The notes under the pieces are model-generated. The model made no database searches. It was not told the origin of the DNA and was given only the letters and a program-made list of their open reading frames with translations. From assembly GCA_044892505.1 (NCBI GenBank), contig CM097882.1, positions 216,008,001 to 216,072,000 on the forward strand: 64,000 bases of DNA, read 5' to 3'. The DNA is from Schmidtea nova (Eukaryota). How positions within the stretch are numbered: the first letter of the stretch is position 1; every line of letters begins with the position of its first letter. The position numbers and the translations under genes were made by a program. This document shows, piece after piece, positions 1-13,400 of the stretch.

Positions 1-357
1 AAAATAAATAATTAAAAATAAATTTAAATAAATAATTTTAAATAAATAAATATAAATTAATTAATAAAAATAAATAAAAATAAATTAAAAATAAAAAATA
101 AATTAAAATAAATAAATTAAAATAAAAATAAAAACTTCATTTAAACAAAATAATAAAATTAAATTGACTTCATTTAAAAAAAAATTTAAATTTAAAAATT
201 CACTTCATTTTAACAAAATTAAAAATTAAAAATTCATTTCATTTTAACAAAATTAAAAATTAAAAAAAAATTTTTAGGGGGGGTAAAAAAAATTATGGGG
301 GGTAAAAAAAATTAGGGGGGGTCTGTTCCTATTCTTGGGCGCTCCCCATACTCTACT
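1..357. mobile_element. Possible Polinton/Maverick terminus (AT-rich subterminal tract, G-runs, ends ...CTCTACT)
   Basis: A-rich low-complexity DNA, then repeated GGGGGG-TAAAAAAAA blocks ending CATACTCTACT at 357. The reverse complement starts AGTAGAGTATGGGG, similar to AG/AGT-type Polinton termini. No partner end or TSD found in the window. Confidence 0.3.
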
Positions 358-1220
358 TATTTACAATATAATAAAATAATAGACATACTTTGATGGACGG
401 CCTGATCCTGATTGGTCTATCTGAGTAACTGGATCAGTATAAATACCGATCCAAAAATCACAAATTTCAGCACGGTTTAGAGAAGTTTTTGTAGAGCAAC
501 ATTCTTACAGCATTATTTTTACGAGCAAAATTTTTATTGTGAAAATTTAGAGCATCTGTTTAAAGCACTATTTTTATAAAAGTTTATCTGAAACTATCTG
601 GATATCATTGGAAGTAAATATTCTTGATTGTTGTTATAATTTTTACATGTTATTGTTCCTATGATTTTATTTAATATAATTTTTATTGCTTTGTCATGAT
701 TATTTAATTATTTTATTTTGCCTATATATACAATTCTTCTGTAGCTCACGCTGCGAGGGAGTAAGCCATTATTGTGGGACTTGACCATTCCACAGAATGG
801 TGAGCGAAGTTGTAAATTTTATCTCATTGTGTCGAATGGTCAGATTTTTTTTGAAATGTAACTATGAGGCAGAGCTGCACCTTGGATGAAGTTGCACTGG
901 GGGAAAAATGCACAATGGAACGATAAGCGAAATGCGATCCACTTAGCAGATTTTACTATCAAAGTTCTATTGATCTTATTTTTATCCTGCTATGATTAAA
1001 ACGAAAACACGTCACATGTACAAGTAAATACATCGGTCGAATTATGTTATATCGAGAATCAATTTCTCAACACACAGTCCCGATAAAATAGGTAATGATA
1101 TACATCCGGATACCCGGCATTACAGAATACAATTTCGACAAAATGATTAGAGCGAGACAAACAAACAACAACTTAAAATCGATCACAATGATCAATGACT
1201 AAACGTAGATAAATTTTAAC

Positions 1221-1291
1221 CTGATCGCTGTAAATAGCGCAGGTAACTATTAATGGTTAATATTAGATTATTCTGATCGCTGTATATAGCG
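1221..1291 (+). promoter_or_regulatory. Duplicated TATA-like motif upstream of unassigned cassette copy 1
   Basis: CTGATCGCTGTAAATAGCG at 1221 and CTGATCGCTGTATATAGCG at 1273 (18/19 identical, 52 bp apart), about 200 bp upstream of ORF A. Confidence 0.3.
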
Positions 1292-1488
1292 ACAGTGTTA
1301 AATGAACACCATTATATTTTTTTTTCTCCCTTTTCTTCACTTTTGTTTTCATGTCTACCCTCAACCCGGGCAAGGCCAATAAATCATTCGATTTTTACCA
1401 GGAGTAATATGGAAAGTTTGCCTCATCGGATCCCCTACCATACGTACAATCATCATCTTGATTTAAAATTTACTGATAATTAATCCAG

Positions 1489-1872
1489 ATGGAACAACAG
1501 ACAGTGGATGAATTTCTAGTGGCTCAGCGAAATTCGGCAATAACAGCTATCACTCCGATGTTGCCCAAGGGGCGAGAGTTGTAAGTTCTGCCTCACTAAA
1601 TAACGAGGACCCTCAACGCGTTGATGTATAAATGGAGACGAGAACTGGGAAGGAAGTGCCCATTTTCCATTTGGGAGAATGGTCCGGACTGAATCTTGTA
1701 TCGAGAAGGTCCTGGATGGTCAGTCTTCGACAAAAGAGACCCCGCAACTACGGCATCGTTCGTCATAGTTTTGACGGATTCCGAAGGAAATCCAGTGACA
1801 GCGATACAATGGGGATACATCTCGCCCCACGAGTTACTAAAGTTGGGATTAAAGCAGTGCAACTTACCGTAA
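1489..1872 (+). pseudogene. Unassigned cassette gene A, copy 1 (stop-interrupted)
   Basis: Frame from ATG 1489 reads MEQQTVDEFL...RKCPFSIWENGPD*ILYREGPGWSVF...CNLP* with three internal stops. The KCPF..ILYRE..W motif resembles KSPW..FLYRE..W in the ORF at 51389-51730. Confidence 0.4.
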
Positions 1873-2131
1873 CCTGCCCAAGGACGTCCCAGACTAAAGT
1901 TTTCGCTAGCTCAAGTTCGACGAGCTCCCATCAATCGCGGGTTACACATTTTTCCCGTATATGGCTTCAAGATTAAATGCTTACACTAACAATGATATAT
2001 TAATGGATGAATAAAATGATCTGTGAATTTCATATTAAATTGTGTTGAGTTTAATTCTCATTTATTTATTTAATTTATTTATCTAATGGACAAAAAGTAG
2101 TGTCAGTCAATAAAAATGGAATTTCTTCCTA

Positions 2132-2515
2132 ATGAAATTTTATTTACCCTTCAGTATGAATACCGAAACTAGTCAACAGAGTGAACTGGATAAGGCTTGG
2201 AGGATCCGCCGAGCTTTGGAAAAGGAATTGACACAGGAAAAGACACTACGGACTAAGGCCGAAGCTCAAATTCAATACTTGCGGAAAAGCTGGTTCGCAC
2301 CAGCTCGTATGAAGGAGCAGATGAGTCGTGCGGAGCGAACACAGAAAACCGCAGATGACTATCGTACGGAAAGGGAAGCGACCAAGATAGAATTATGCCG
2401 ATGTCTCCATTCCGTGACAACCTCCTTCATAGATCCGGAATTACGGTCGCAAATTCGACCCATTACCTACCAGAAATTGGTAGGGGAACAAAAAATGGCC
2501 TGTTCGACGGCCTAA
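2132..2515 (+). CDS. Unassigned cassette gene B, copy 1 (charged, predicted coiled-coil; likely element-borne)
   Basis: 127-aa ORF in GC-elevated sequence. SWFAPARMKEQMSRAERTQKTADDYRTEREATKIELCRCLH aligns without gaps to TWFHPSVVKEMMKNKDRTQRALDEQSLEFAATKIELNRCLH at 50790-51038. Confidence 0.5.
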   Translation: MKFYLPFSMNTETSQQSELDKAWRIRRALEKELTQEKTLRTKAEAQIQYLRKSWFAPARMKEQMSRAERTQKTADDYRTEREATKIELCRCLHSVTTSFIDPELRSQIRPITYQKLVGEQKMACSTA

Positions 2516-3516
2516 ATGCAATAATTACTCCAAGTCCGATGGAGCCTACAGTCGTACCGAACCCCCTAGAAAAATTAAAGAAGAGAAAAAGGATCGGTTC
2601 CAAGCGCCGATGGCAAAGAAAATTGTTCGCCTAGCAGTTGCAAGTTCAAGTGGATAACATGAAGGAGATGTCGGAAGCAGAATGGTTATCGGAGATATTT
2701 CCTCCCGAGGGAATCTTTGCTGAATTTTGCGACAAATAAAAGAGTTGAATATTATCAGATTTCTGTGTTGTTTTTCTCTGTTTTCTGTTTTTTTTTGGTT
2801 GCGTAATTAATAATAAATAAATTTAAAACCACACGTTCTCATAATAAATGAAATAGCGTAAGTCCTTCTAAGGCAGCCATGAACCCGTAAACATAAATGG
2901 GGAGTAGTTCTAGCAATGGAGCTCACCTGCCCATCATTGTTTAACCACCTTGCGCATCACCAACTTGGTTATTAAGGGAAATAATCAAGGGCGCTCGAGT
3001 GTGAATTAGCAAACATTTATGTATGATCATGGATGGGGAATCCCTAGTCACTATCGGAACTGTTCAATCTAACCCCTCCATGAACCCAGCAGGTGTATGG
3101 TGCAGAAACCCTAAATTTCATATGTACTTTAATGGGCTTGAAATTTTTGCTGAAATTCCTTTGTTTTCGTAACCTTGACCAACTTTTCGACCAATCAGAC
3201 CACAGGAAAATCGATTTTTGATGGATGTTGTCATATGCAAAGATGAGTCATGCATTTTAATGAAAATTTTATTAACTAAGTACCATTAACTGACATTGTC
3301 AATGTGACAATAATTGATTTTTTTTCTTTTTCTTTATACTTGTACTACCTTTATTTTTATTCAGTGCACAAAACTTTGGGAACCACTGAAATAAGTGAAT
3401 AGAAAAAAATAATGCGTATTTACGTTTTCAGTGCATCAGCGCACTTTTTGTTGTAGAGAGAAATCGATACAAATTAAATATAAAGTATTAGAGAAAACGA
3501 AATAATAATTATATTA

Positions 3517-6500
3517 TCACTGGTTAGGTTTCGCTGAAACCGGATGAGAATGTAATCTGTTTTTAAATACGCGAATAACTCCGCTGATATCTGCAGAGAC
3601 AATAACCTCTCCCAAATAATTTTCTGTCTTATTGACATATGAATGCTGATCTGTGGAATAAGGATGAGTTGACATGTTAATACTATGACGGCGTCGAAAT
3701 CTTTTATCCAGAACCAAATGCGGAGTAGGACTGAAGGCTGAAACTGAAACGACAGTTTCGTGGGCTAAATCATAAGGGTAATTGTTAAGATTTAAGATTG
3801 TTTTTATCCACCTTTGATTGCTTCCCAATAATTATTACGATCCTTCCTAGTAGTTGAGAACCTGGTCATTTTATTTACCTCAACATCCTTTTTCCAAATG
3901 TAGAAAAAACTATTTTCTGATCCACTAATAATATATTTACCAGTAGGACTAAAATGAATATTACTTTAATCCAAAATTTTTTGAAGCAATAAGGGAGAAA
4001 AATAAATTAATAATTATTATTAAAATTTTATCGAGTTTTCATCTCGTGATATTAGTTTCAATTTATTGGCCGTTCACATAATTATTAATAAAAATGACTC
4101 TCTGTGGCACTAATGCAAAGTTGAGATATACAGTCGATCGTCGACTTACAACAACAATCGTTTCCAAAAACTGAAAACCTACATTTTACATCATCGTCAT
4201 ACATGTACATATTCAAGCCTTTTCCTTGCCGATTAATTTTCGCATGGATTTAGGTGATAAGCAAAAACGTTTAAATGGTCAGTAATCTAAAGTTTAGATT
4301 CTAAACTATTAAAAATCAGTATTTAAATTTAATTATCAGTAAATAAATTGCCCTATAAGTATAAAAAATATATTATAAATTTAATGCAATAATTATAAGT
4401 AAATTGATTTATTTATCATGTAATTGAATTATAAATCAGTAAAATAATTATATAATATATATACCTATTTTCAGCACGTTAATATGTCCTATATAACCAG
4501 TCAATTCTTCCATTCAACATTACTAGAAAAATTATTTAATTTTCAAAAACATACAGGATGGTCACTAGAAAAGCGTAAAAATTTGTCAAACAGCTATTTA
4601 TTTTTACAAAGAATAACTTTTACAAAGTTTTTTAAGGGCATATGTTATGTTACGCTCATAGATGCTAAAATGTTGTCCCTGCACTTCAAACAGCGTCTTA
4701 ACCTAGAAATCCAAGCTCGTGTAGCGTTTTGAAGGGTAACTTGTGATATATGGTTTTCATTGCGACCACGTTTGAATACACAAAATGATCGCATTTACCG
4801 AGAAGTGCGTGTAAAAACTGACATACCTGAGGAAGATCTGCTTGTGGATTATGACAATTTGCAGCCACTTGTTATTTGTTATGCTGCAGCTTCATGGTAT
4901 GGCAAAACGGAGCTTCGATTTGTTGAAGGATATTATCAAAGTCCTGAAAACATGGATAAAAACCAATAAACCAAGAAGTTTATTGTGGAGATGTGTTAAC
5001 AGATGTTCAGTGATATACGAAATTTAATGGACGACCAAATATAAACATGGCAGCAGGAAGGGGCCAGGCATCTCACAGCAACCGCATCAGTTAAATTTCT
5101 TTAGCAATCTACTCCTGATTTCATTGAACCGGAAAATTGGCCCCCTAAAAGTCCAGACTTAAATGTCATGGATTACTGCGTTTGAAGCTTGTTATTAACC
5201 GAGCTTCCAAGTTGTCGAAGTGATTAAACTCTATTGATGATTTGAAAACGAGCCTCAGAAGAGCTTGGAACGATATTTCACAAGTTACCCTTCAAAACGC
5301 TACACGAGCTTGGATTTCTAGGATAAGACGCTGTTCTGAAGTGCATGGACAACATTTTGAGCATCTATGAGTGTAACATAACATATGCCTTTAAAAAACT
5401 GTAAAAGTTATTCTTTGTAAAAATAAATAGCTGTTTGGCAAATTTTCCGCTTTTCTAGCGAAAACTTATATTAGTAAAAATGGCGATGTTTAAAGTAGAG
5501 GAATATGTTAGCGACAAAGACGAAAGCTTAACAACAGCAACTAATACCATTCAAAAAAGATAGATTGTCAGAAGAACTGGGTAAAAGTAGCAATATTTGA
5601 CAATGCAAAAGAAGCAGATAAATCGTTGGAGAAGATATGGCCCAAATATTACACAAACAAAACTGATGAAGGACAAAGAATATACTTTCGATGCAAAAAA
5701 GTCAAACATCGTGGATCTCATTGAAGTGCAAAATCCAATTATATTATCATGCAGATAATGAAACTGGGGTAGACCAGCAAAGGATAAACGTGCGTTGCTA
5801 ATGCAATAACTTTATTGATAATAATTTTAAATTTACTGATCAAATAAAATATTTAACTGATCAATTTACTGAAAATTTTAATTTCTATTTACCGACCATT
5901 TAATTTTTTTACTGATCATTAAATATTAATATCATAATTATCTTTTTTCACCTTTGATCTTTTTTTATTATTATCAATAATTCTCATAATGATGACTATA
6001 GATCAAAAAAATTTTTTATAAACAATAACACAATATTTGGGCACAGCCTTTATCAAATACACACTTGATAAAGGCTGTGCCGAAATATTGTGTTATTGTT
6101 TATAAAAAAATTTTGATCTATAGTCATCATTATGAGAATTATTGATAATAATATTAAATATTAAGCCATTAATTTTGCTGATATTTCAATGTAATGTTCA
6201 ATTCTTTGATTTGTAGTCTTCAAAAAAAGATTATTTAGTAATTAAAATTAAATTAAAAAAAGTACAGAAATAAAGACTGCCAAAAATTCGTGCGCTAAAT
6301 ATTTTGGTCAAGTCTATAAAAATAAAAATTTCTGAAATAGAAGAGATGAAAGGTGAAAAAATATATAAAATGTTAATAGTATTTGTTTTTAAATAAAATA
6401 AAATCATGCTTTGGGGTACGGAATCATCTTAGATTAAAATTAGCAATCAGTAAACCAAGCAATTAAGAACTTTTGCCTAAACATAATCAATTAAATCGCA

Positions 6501-9500
6501 TTCACTAACAGGTGCAAATATTTATTAAAATTATTTATTTAAAATATAGCTTGTTATTTATCGTTTATTATAATTACTATTTTCATAATTTAAGTGTACT
6601 GGTTCTGGATAAAATGAAAAACCCGAAGTTTTTGAAAGGGTTCGGTTCCCGGTCTTTTTTGACAAAAAATTAAATTGCGACGTCGGTACCAAGGTTCAGT
6701 TTCAATTTTATTCGTTTTGCAATAAACCGGAATGCGAGAATATTATGCAAATAAAATTTGCAACACGAATAATAAACTAATTTTTCATTTTTTTCGTAGC
6801 AGAATACAGTAAACAAAACTTCTATTATATTTTTTGCTTATTTTTCAGCAAAATTTTAAGTAAAACACTATTCAAATCATTAAATATTTAATTTTGATGA
6901 CCTTTGATCATTATTTTCAATTTCAGATATTTTCATTTTTACGACAAAAGATCAAATATTTTTTCATTGGAACAAGAATTTTTGGCATTATTTTTTATTC
7001 TTAAACAATTGAAAAAGACTTATTGAATGAAAAAAAAATTGATCGAGTTTTAAAAAATAAAAAAATATATTAAGTAAAATAATCCAGTCTATATTTACCT
7101 ATTTTCAAGAATGAAAATAATATCCGCAAAAAAAATTTATTTTATATAAAATAAATATTACCGTTATCAATTTTTGTATTTCATAGAATAATGCATAAAT
7201 TTTATTCATAATACTTATGACAACACGAATTAGATTAAAAAACAATCAATTGAAAAATTAAGGAAAATATATTGATTCATTAATAAATATTAATTGAAAA
7301 TCAATATGAAATATACTAAAATCATTTAAAAATCTATTTTTTATAAAAATATGAAAGGTTTTTTAGAACCTCGAGAACCTCGTTTTTTAGAAGGGTTCAG
7401 TTTTCTAATTTAACCCTTAAATGCATTGTGATGGAAATTCGCATCGTGCCAAATATTTAAATATAATTATTTATGATTAATGACAGCGATATATTTTTTA
7501 GTCTGGCAATAAGATAAACAGTCTGTCTATGGATTCAAGTGAAAATAAAAATAAAATATATGTTTTTGGTCAATAATAATTGTGATAGCAATACAAAATT
7601 TTTAATGCAATATACAAAAAATCATGCATTTAAGGGTTAAATGGATTTCTGAGTTTACTTCTTTTTGATTTTCGACTTCTGGCTCCGATCACATTAAAAT
7701 ATATGAATAAAGTTTTAAATAATAAATATTTTTTGATTGTTAATAAAGCTTATATGTGATTTATCCTGATGAAAAGTATTCAGAGATTTTAGAAAAGGTA
7801 AATGTAGGTCGAAGCATTAAAAACAGTGACATGGCGTATGATCTACTTATTTCAATTTGTCTTTCCTAATTGTTCAACTTTTAATAAAAAATGATATGAA
7901 AATAGTGTGAAAATAGTCATAAAACGTTTTATGGGACAAATAACAAAAATATTACCTAAAACTAGCCCTTATCCGACTACTAGAATTAATAAAACCACGA
8001 TATTTACAAATGATATGATAATCTCTGGCATCTATGAGACGGACACGCGAATCGTTTGTTGTTACCAATATCTGAAACGTTATTTTCATATTAAAGAAAA
8101 GGTTTTATTAAAGAACTTTGCAAGAATCAGTAGGATCAACTTCTATGGCAGTAACACGGCAATATTTATTTTTTCTATGCGAACTTTTAATAGCCATTGA
8201 CGTTATATATTCTAACTGAAATTAGAAACCTCATTCACACATGGTACGAAATGCAACTATAATTACTTCGGCTGTATAAAATAATATTCGACCATCATAC
8301 GTTCCAACTGCTACTTTTGTGGCTTCACAAACAAAAACAGCACATGTAATTACAGTTTTTGGAGGTAGTAAAGAATTGCTTGACGACTTCAATGGTGAAA
8401 ACATAGAGGCAACTGGTAAAGAATTTGGTAATAAGGCTTCGACCCAATAGCGAATCTTTTTATCTGGTATATTCCATAGGCGTAACTTTCCATCAAGACT
8501 TCCAGAAAGAAAATATCTATCGTCCTTAAATAGATTTCATGATTTTCATTTCAAATAATTGCTTTTACTTAACTTGATAAAAAAGTATACAATAAAATAA
8601 AAAAATAATAAAGTTAAATCGAAATTTAATTATCATTTACAAATATTATTTTCAATCTTTTGAATTCCAATTTCAAAGCGCACCTAAAAATGCGCTCATC
8701 AAATTAATCACCAATCCTTTGAAAAGTTACCTTAGTTACCTTAGATTGATAAGAGAAAGATATAACCATTTTAGGATCAAAAATGTCTTATGACCATGGT
8801 ATTGTATACTTAATTTTTGAATTATTTTTTTTTTAAATACATAAACGTTATCAATTAAAACAAATTTAAGGCCTAAAAACTTTATTTTTCTCCATATGAA
8901 GAAAAAAAGGAGAAGAAAAAGTTGTCCTGTATGAATAGCATTTTCCTTCGATTGATCAAAGAAGGCTGTTTCTGGATGAGTGTTGGTTATACTCACTGAA
9001 GCTGCATATAAAAGAACAAAGCAGTGATGGTTTGACCCTTTTCCAAAAACTTATAATGGGCAATTCCCGCTTGAGTCCAGCAAACACAATAAAACCTTCA
9101 TTGGTGCTGGATCAATTGGTGACAACCAATAATAAGAACGCTTAGGACTAAAGTACAAGTAAACAACCGATCAAGAAAATGTTCATTTTCATTTCGTGAA
9201 AGCTTTGCGAACAAATGGTAAGACGGTTTGTTTTGTTATCCTTTGACAATTCATGTGGGCCAATTAGAAGTTTTAACAATAATTTAATATTGGTATAATA
9301 TAACGATATTATTCTATATTTTTGAGGATTGTTAGTTGAATAAAAAAATGAGGATTTACACAATCGTTACGTCCTATATTCAATCAAACAATCATTTGTA
9401 CAAACTCAATTAGTTCATCAAACATTCATCATTCAACATACAGAAAAATAAACAATCTTTATTTCATAATAGTTTTCCCTTAACCCTTTGAGGGCTGAAT

Positions 9501-10399
9501 TATTTTTTCTTTCGAAAATTAATGAATAGGGCACGTTTACTGGTTTAATATAAACAAATAAAAATATTGCACGAAACGCATATCATGCATTAAAGTACCA
9601 TATAGACAACACATTTAACGTCGTGGCTAGTTGAGAAAACCAGTAGGAAGGTATAAGTCTTCTCAGATAACCGAAATCCTTGAAAGGGTTAACTCATTTA
9701 ATTTTTGAAAATGTAATGTCAAATGAGTTTTGTGTTTTTTGGAAAGTTTATTGATTTCACGCTATCACCACGAATGTTTATTTTTATATTGTTTATACAT
9801 GAAGTTGAAATATGTAAATGCATTGAATTTTCTCTTTAGATTTGCACAACTTCATCTTGCTCATGTTTTTAATACATACGTGTTTCAATAGAAGGACTGA
9901 AGTATCACCAATAATTATAAGGTCTACTATATTTGTATAGATGAATAATTGCTGACGAAGTTTAGTAATTTTTGGTTGGTTTATTTTTTCAATAGTTTTA
10001 ACAACCATTTAATATTTATTCAATAAAAAAATTTTATTTTGGCTATTTGAAAATAAAAAAATTCGTTACATAACAGTTTTCTACTTATAGGACTTATTTG
10101 CTTAACTTCCACATATTTCATTAAATCTTTCTATAGGCTTTAAGAACTTTGCCTCTAAAGCTTCTTTAATATCTTCGTTTTTAATGATTTCCGCTTACCC
10201 AGAGTACTCTTTATTGACCAAGTGGAAATCTCTAGTAGAAAATTTGCTGAATCACTTCTGTGGTGCTCGATTACTTACATCAGTGTTTCCCAACCTGGGC
10301 GATTTGAAATTTTAGGTGGGGGATTTTTTTGCCATGTTGTTTTTGTATATGTCCACCTTTTTGCCACTGTTTTCCTTAAATTCTAGAATCTAGATACTA

Positions 10400-10464
<65 letters not shown>

Positions 10465-13400
10465 CACAGACACACACAAACAAGTCCTATAAATGACCTA
10501 CATCTGTATACCTCTGCCCTCAATTTGTCAATCTTTATAGTATAACAATATATGACGCACACACATCATCTTACATGTAGTTACATCTACTCTACCCCAG
10601 TTTTAGCAATTGAAAATGGGCGATAATCGTAAAGGGGTTGGGAAACGCTGACTTACAGCATGATCTCCGAAAACGGTACACTGTCTCGGCACCTTTTGAG
10701 TCAAGTTTGTATTTAGAAAGTAAACAATCTTGAATTAAAATGTTATTTGTTGGCATTAAATTATTCTGAAAGGTAACATGTTGATTCCACTAGAACAATT
10801 CCACTAGGCACTATTTTACTCGGATAATTCCACTAGACACAATTCCACTAGGTAACAAGGGTTAGGGTTAGGATTAGGGGGTTAGGGTTGTTACCAATTG
10901 TTACTAGTCTAGTTGAATTGCGCTAGTGGAATTGTGTCTGGTGGAATTGTTTCTAGTGGAATTATGTCTAGTGGAATTATGTCTAGTGGAATTATGCTAG
11001 TGGAATTGTGCTATTGGAATTGTACTATTGGAATTGTGCTAGTGGAATTGTGATATTGGAATTGTGCTATTGGAATTGTGTTTAGTGGAATTGTTTCTAG
11101 TGGAATTGTGTCTAGTGGAATTGTGCTAGTGGAATTGTGCTAGTGGAATTATGCTAGTGGAATTGTGTCTAGTGTAATTGTGCTATTGGAATTGTGCTAT
11201 TGGAATTGTGCTATTGGAATTGTGTTTAGTGGAATTGTTTCTAGTGGAATTGTTTCTAGTGGAATTGTTTCTAGTGGAATTGTTTCTAGTGGAATTGTGT
11301 CTAGTGGAATTGTTTCTAGTGGAATTATGTCTAGTGGAACTGTGTCTAGTGGAATTGTGCTATTGGAATTGTGCTAGTGGAATTGTGCTATTGGAATTGT
11401 GCTATTGGAATTGTGTTTAGTGGAATTGTGCTAGTGGAATTATGCTAGTGGAATTGTGTCTAGTGGAATTATGCTAGTGGAATTGTCTTTAGTGGAATTG
11501 TTTCTAGTGGAATTGTTTCTAGTGGAATTGTGTCTAGTGGAATTGTGCTATTGGAATTGTGCTATTGGAATTGTGTCTAGTGGAATTGTGTCTAGTGGAA
11601 TTATGCTAGTGGAATTGTGTTTAGTGGAATTGTTTCTAGTGGAATTGTTTCTAGTGTAATTGTGCTATTGGAATTATGCTATTGGAATTGTGCTAGTGGA
11701 ATTGTGCTATTGGAATGAGCCTAAAATCTTCTGAAATATCAATTAAACAATTCTCGTCAAATTTGAATGTATCATATAAGAGGAATAAGTAGATAATACA
11801 CGTGGTATCATTAACAACAATCAAAAAATCTTCATGTCTGTTTATATTCAAAAATCACACGAACATTTTATTTGTAAAATTGCAAAGCAACATATATGAC
11901 TATAATTACGAAACTACAACATTGCGGGAAATTTTGTATAGCTTTCAAAATTCTTATAAAATCACTGATTAAAGAGATTTTCGGTCAATAGTAATTAATG
12001 TTGAATATTAAGGATATAGAGACAACTACCAACAAAATTGGGAAATATGCGAACGCTATGAATAGTGTCCATTTTCCAAGGCCCTTGCCCAACATATAAA
12101 CTTATATGCACATTTTTAAATTCAAACTATATTCAAAATAAAAAGAAAGATGTTGCAATAAATCCCAGTTATAAGATAAACCAAAGAAAAAATTTTAAAA
12201 AGCATAATTAGAAAATAATAATGTGCAATTATGTGTAATTTTGTGATAGTATCAAAATTAAATTATTAGATAATTTATTAAATATGTTAAATTTAAATTA
12301 AATTCATCTTACTTTTGGATGAAAGACAACTGTTGGAACTGTATCATTATGATTAAATATACAAAGACATTCTCTACGACTAATATGCCACAATCGAACT
12401 TGTCTGTCCATGCTTGTTACTAATAAGAAAAGATTTTTTGACCAAACTAAATCTGTTATAACTCCTTCATGACCTCGATAAATTATTAGCGGTTTTGATC
12501 GAAATGGAGTTCTTCTTCCTTGCTCAATGTCATCATCGCCAGAACTACATGTACTTCCACAACCCTTTGAAAATGATATCATAGTTAGAATAGAAATAAA
12601 AATGCATAAAAATGAATATATAAAACTATCAATTTAAAACTTCACCAAATAAATCAAGCAAAAGTGCATAAATAAAACTCATTAAAATATTTTGTTTGAA
12701 AATAATGTGATGTAAATTAATTTATTTTAAGTCACGGTTTCTCAAACAAGAAGGAATTTTAACTTTGTTCGTGTTTAACTATTCGTGACAATAGGTTTAG
12801 CAAATGTCCGTTGGATGAAAAAGATAATGTAAAAAGGAGGCTCGTTTGATTTTAGAACCGATGCTAATACAAGAGTATCGGTGTGTAGATGCAATAACAA
12901 CAGTGTAGTAAATCCACGTTCAAATACAATGGGTGTCAAACCTGCTGGTCAGGCGTCACACTGTTTGTCAGTGACTAAAGCTAGAATTCAAATACATCAG
13001 CCAAAAATTGTGAAAGCATATAATGAACACATGAGAGGTAGAACGAAGGGACTAAATTATATAAAAATATAGATATATCAATATATGTGGTATGTCTGTT
13101 TTTTCACTTATCTTATTGATGTTACAGTGAATGATGCATGGTAGTTGCATAGAATATGTGCAGACAAAAGGGCGATGGATCTTTAAATCTTTCGCAGGAG
13201 AATAGTCAGATTTTATTTAGAGCGATATAGCAATTTACTACATCCAGGACAATGAGGGAGGCCTCAACAAAAGTCTGAGAGAAGCTGATTTGATATGTAT
13301 ACACAATGAATAATTCCCCAAGAAAAACAGACTCACTGTACCCTTTGTCATTTGAAAGCCACAAGTAAATGTGAAAATAAGAAACAATGGGCTTCATGTT

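Noticed and set aside
11165-11659. ORFs with SSGIV / LVELF repeats; possible CRISPR-like array
   Set aside because: These are translations of the 14-15-bp minisatellite. The units are contiguous with no unique spacers, there are no cas genes, and the context is eukaryotic.
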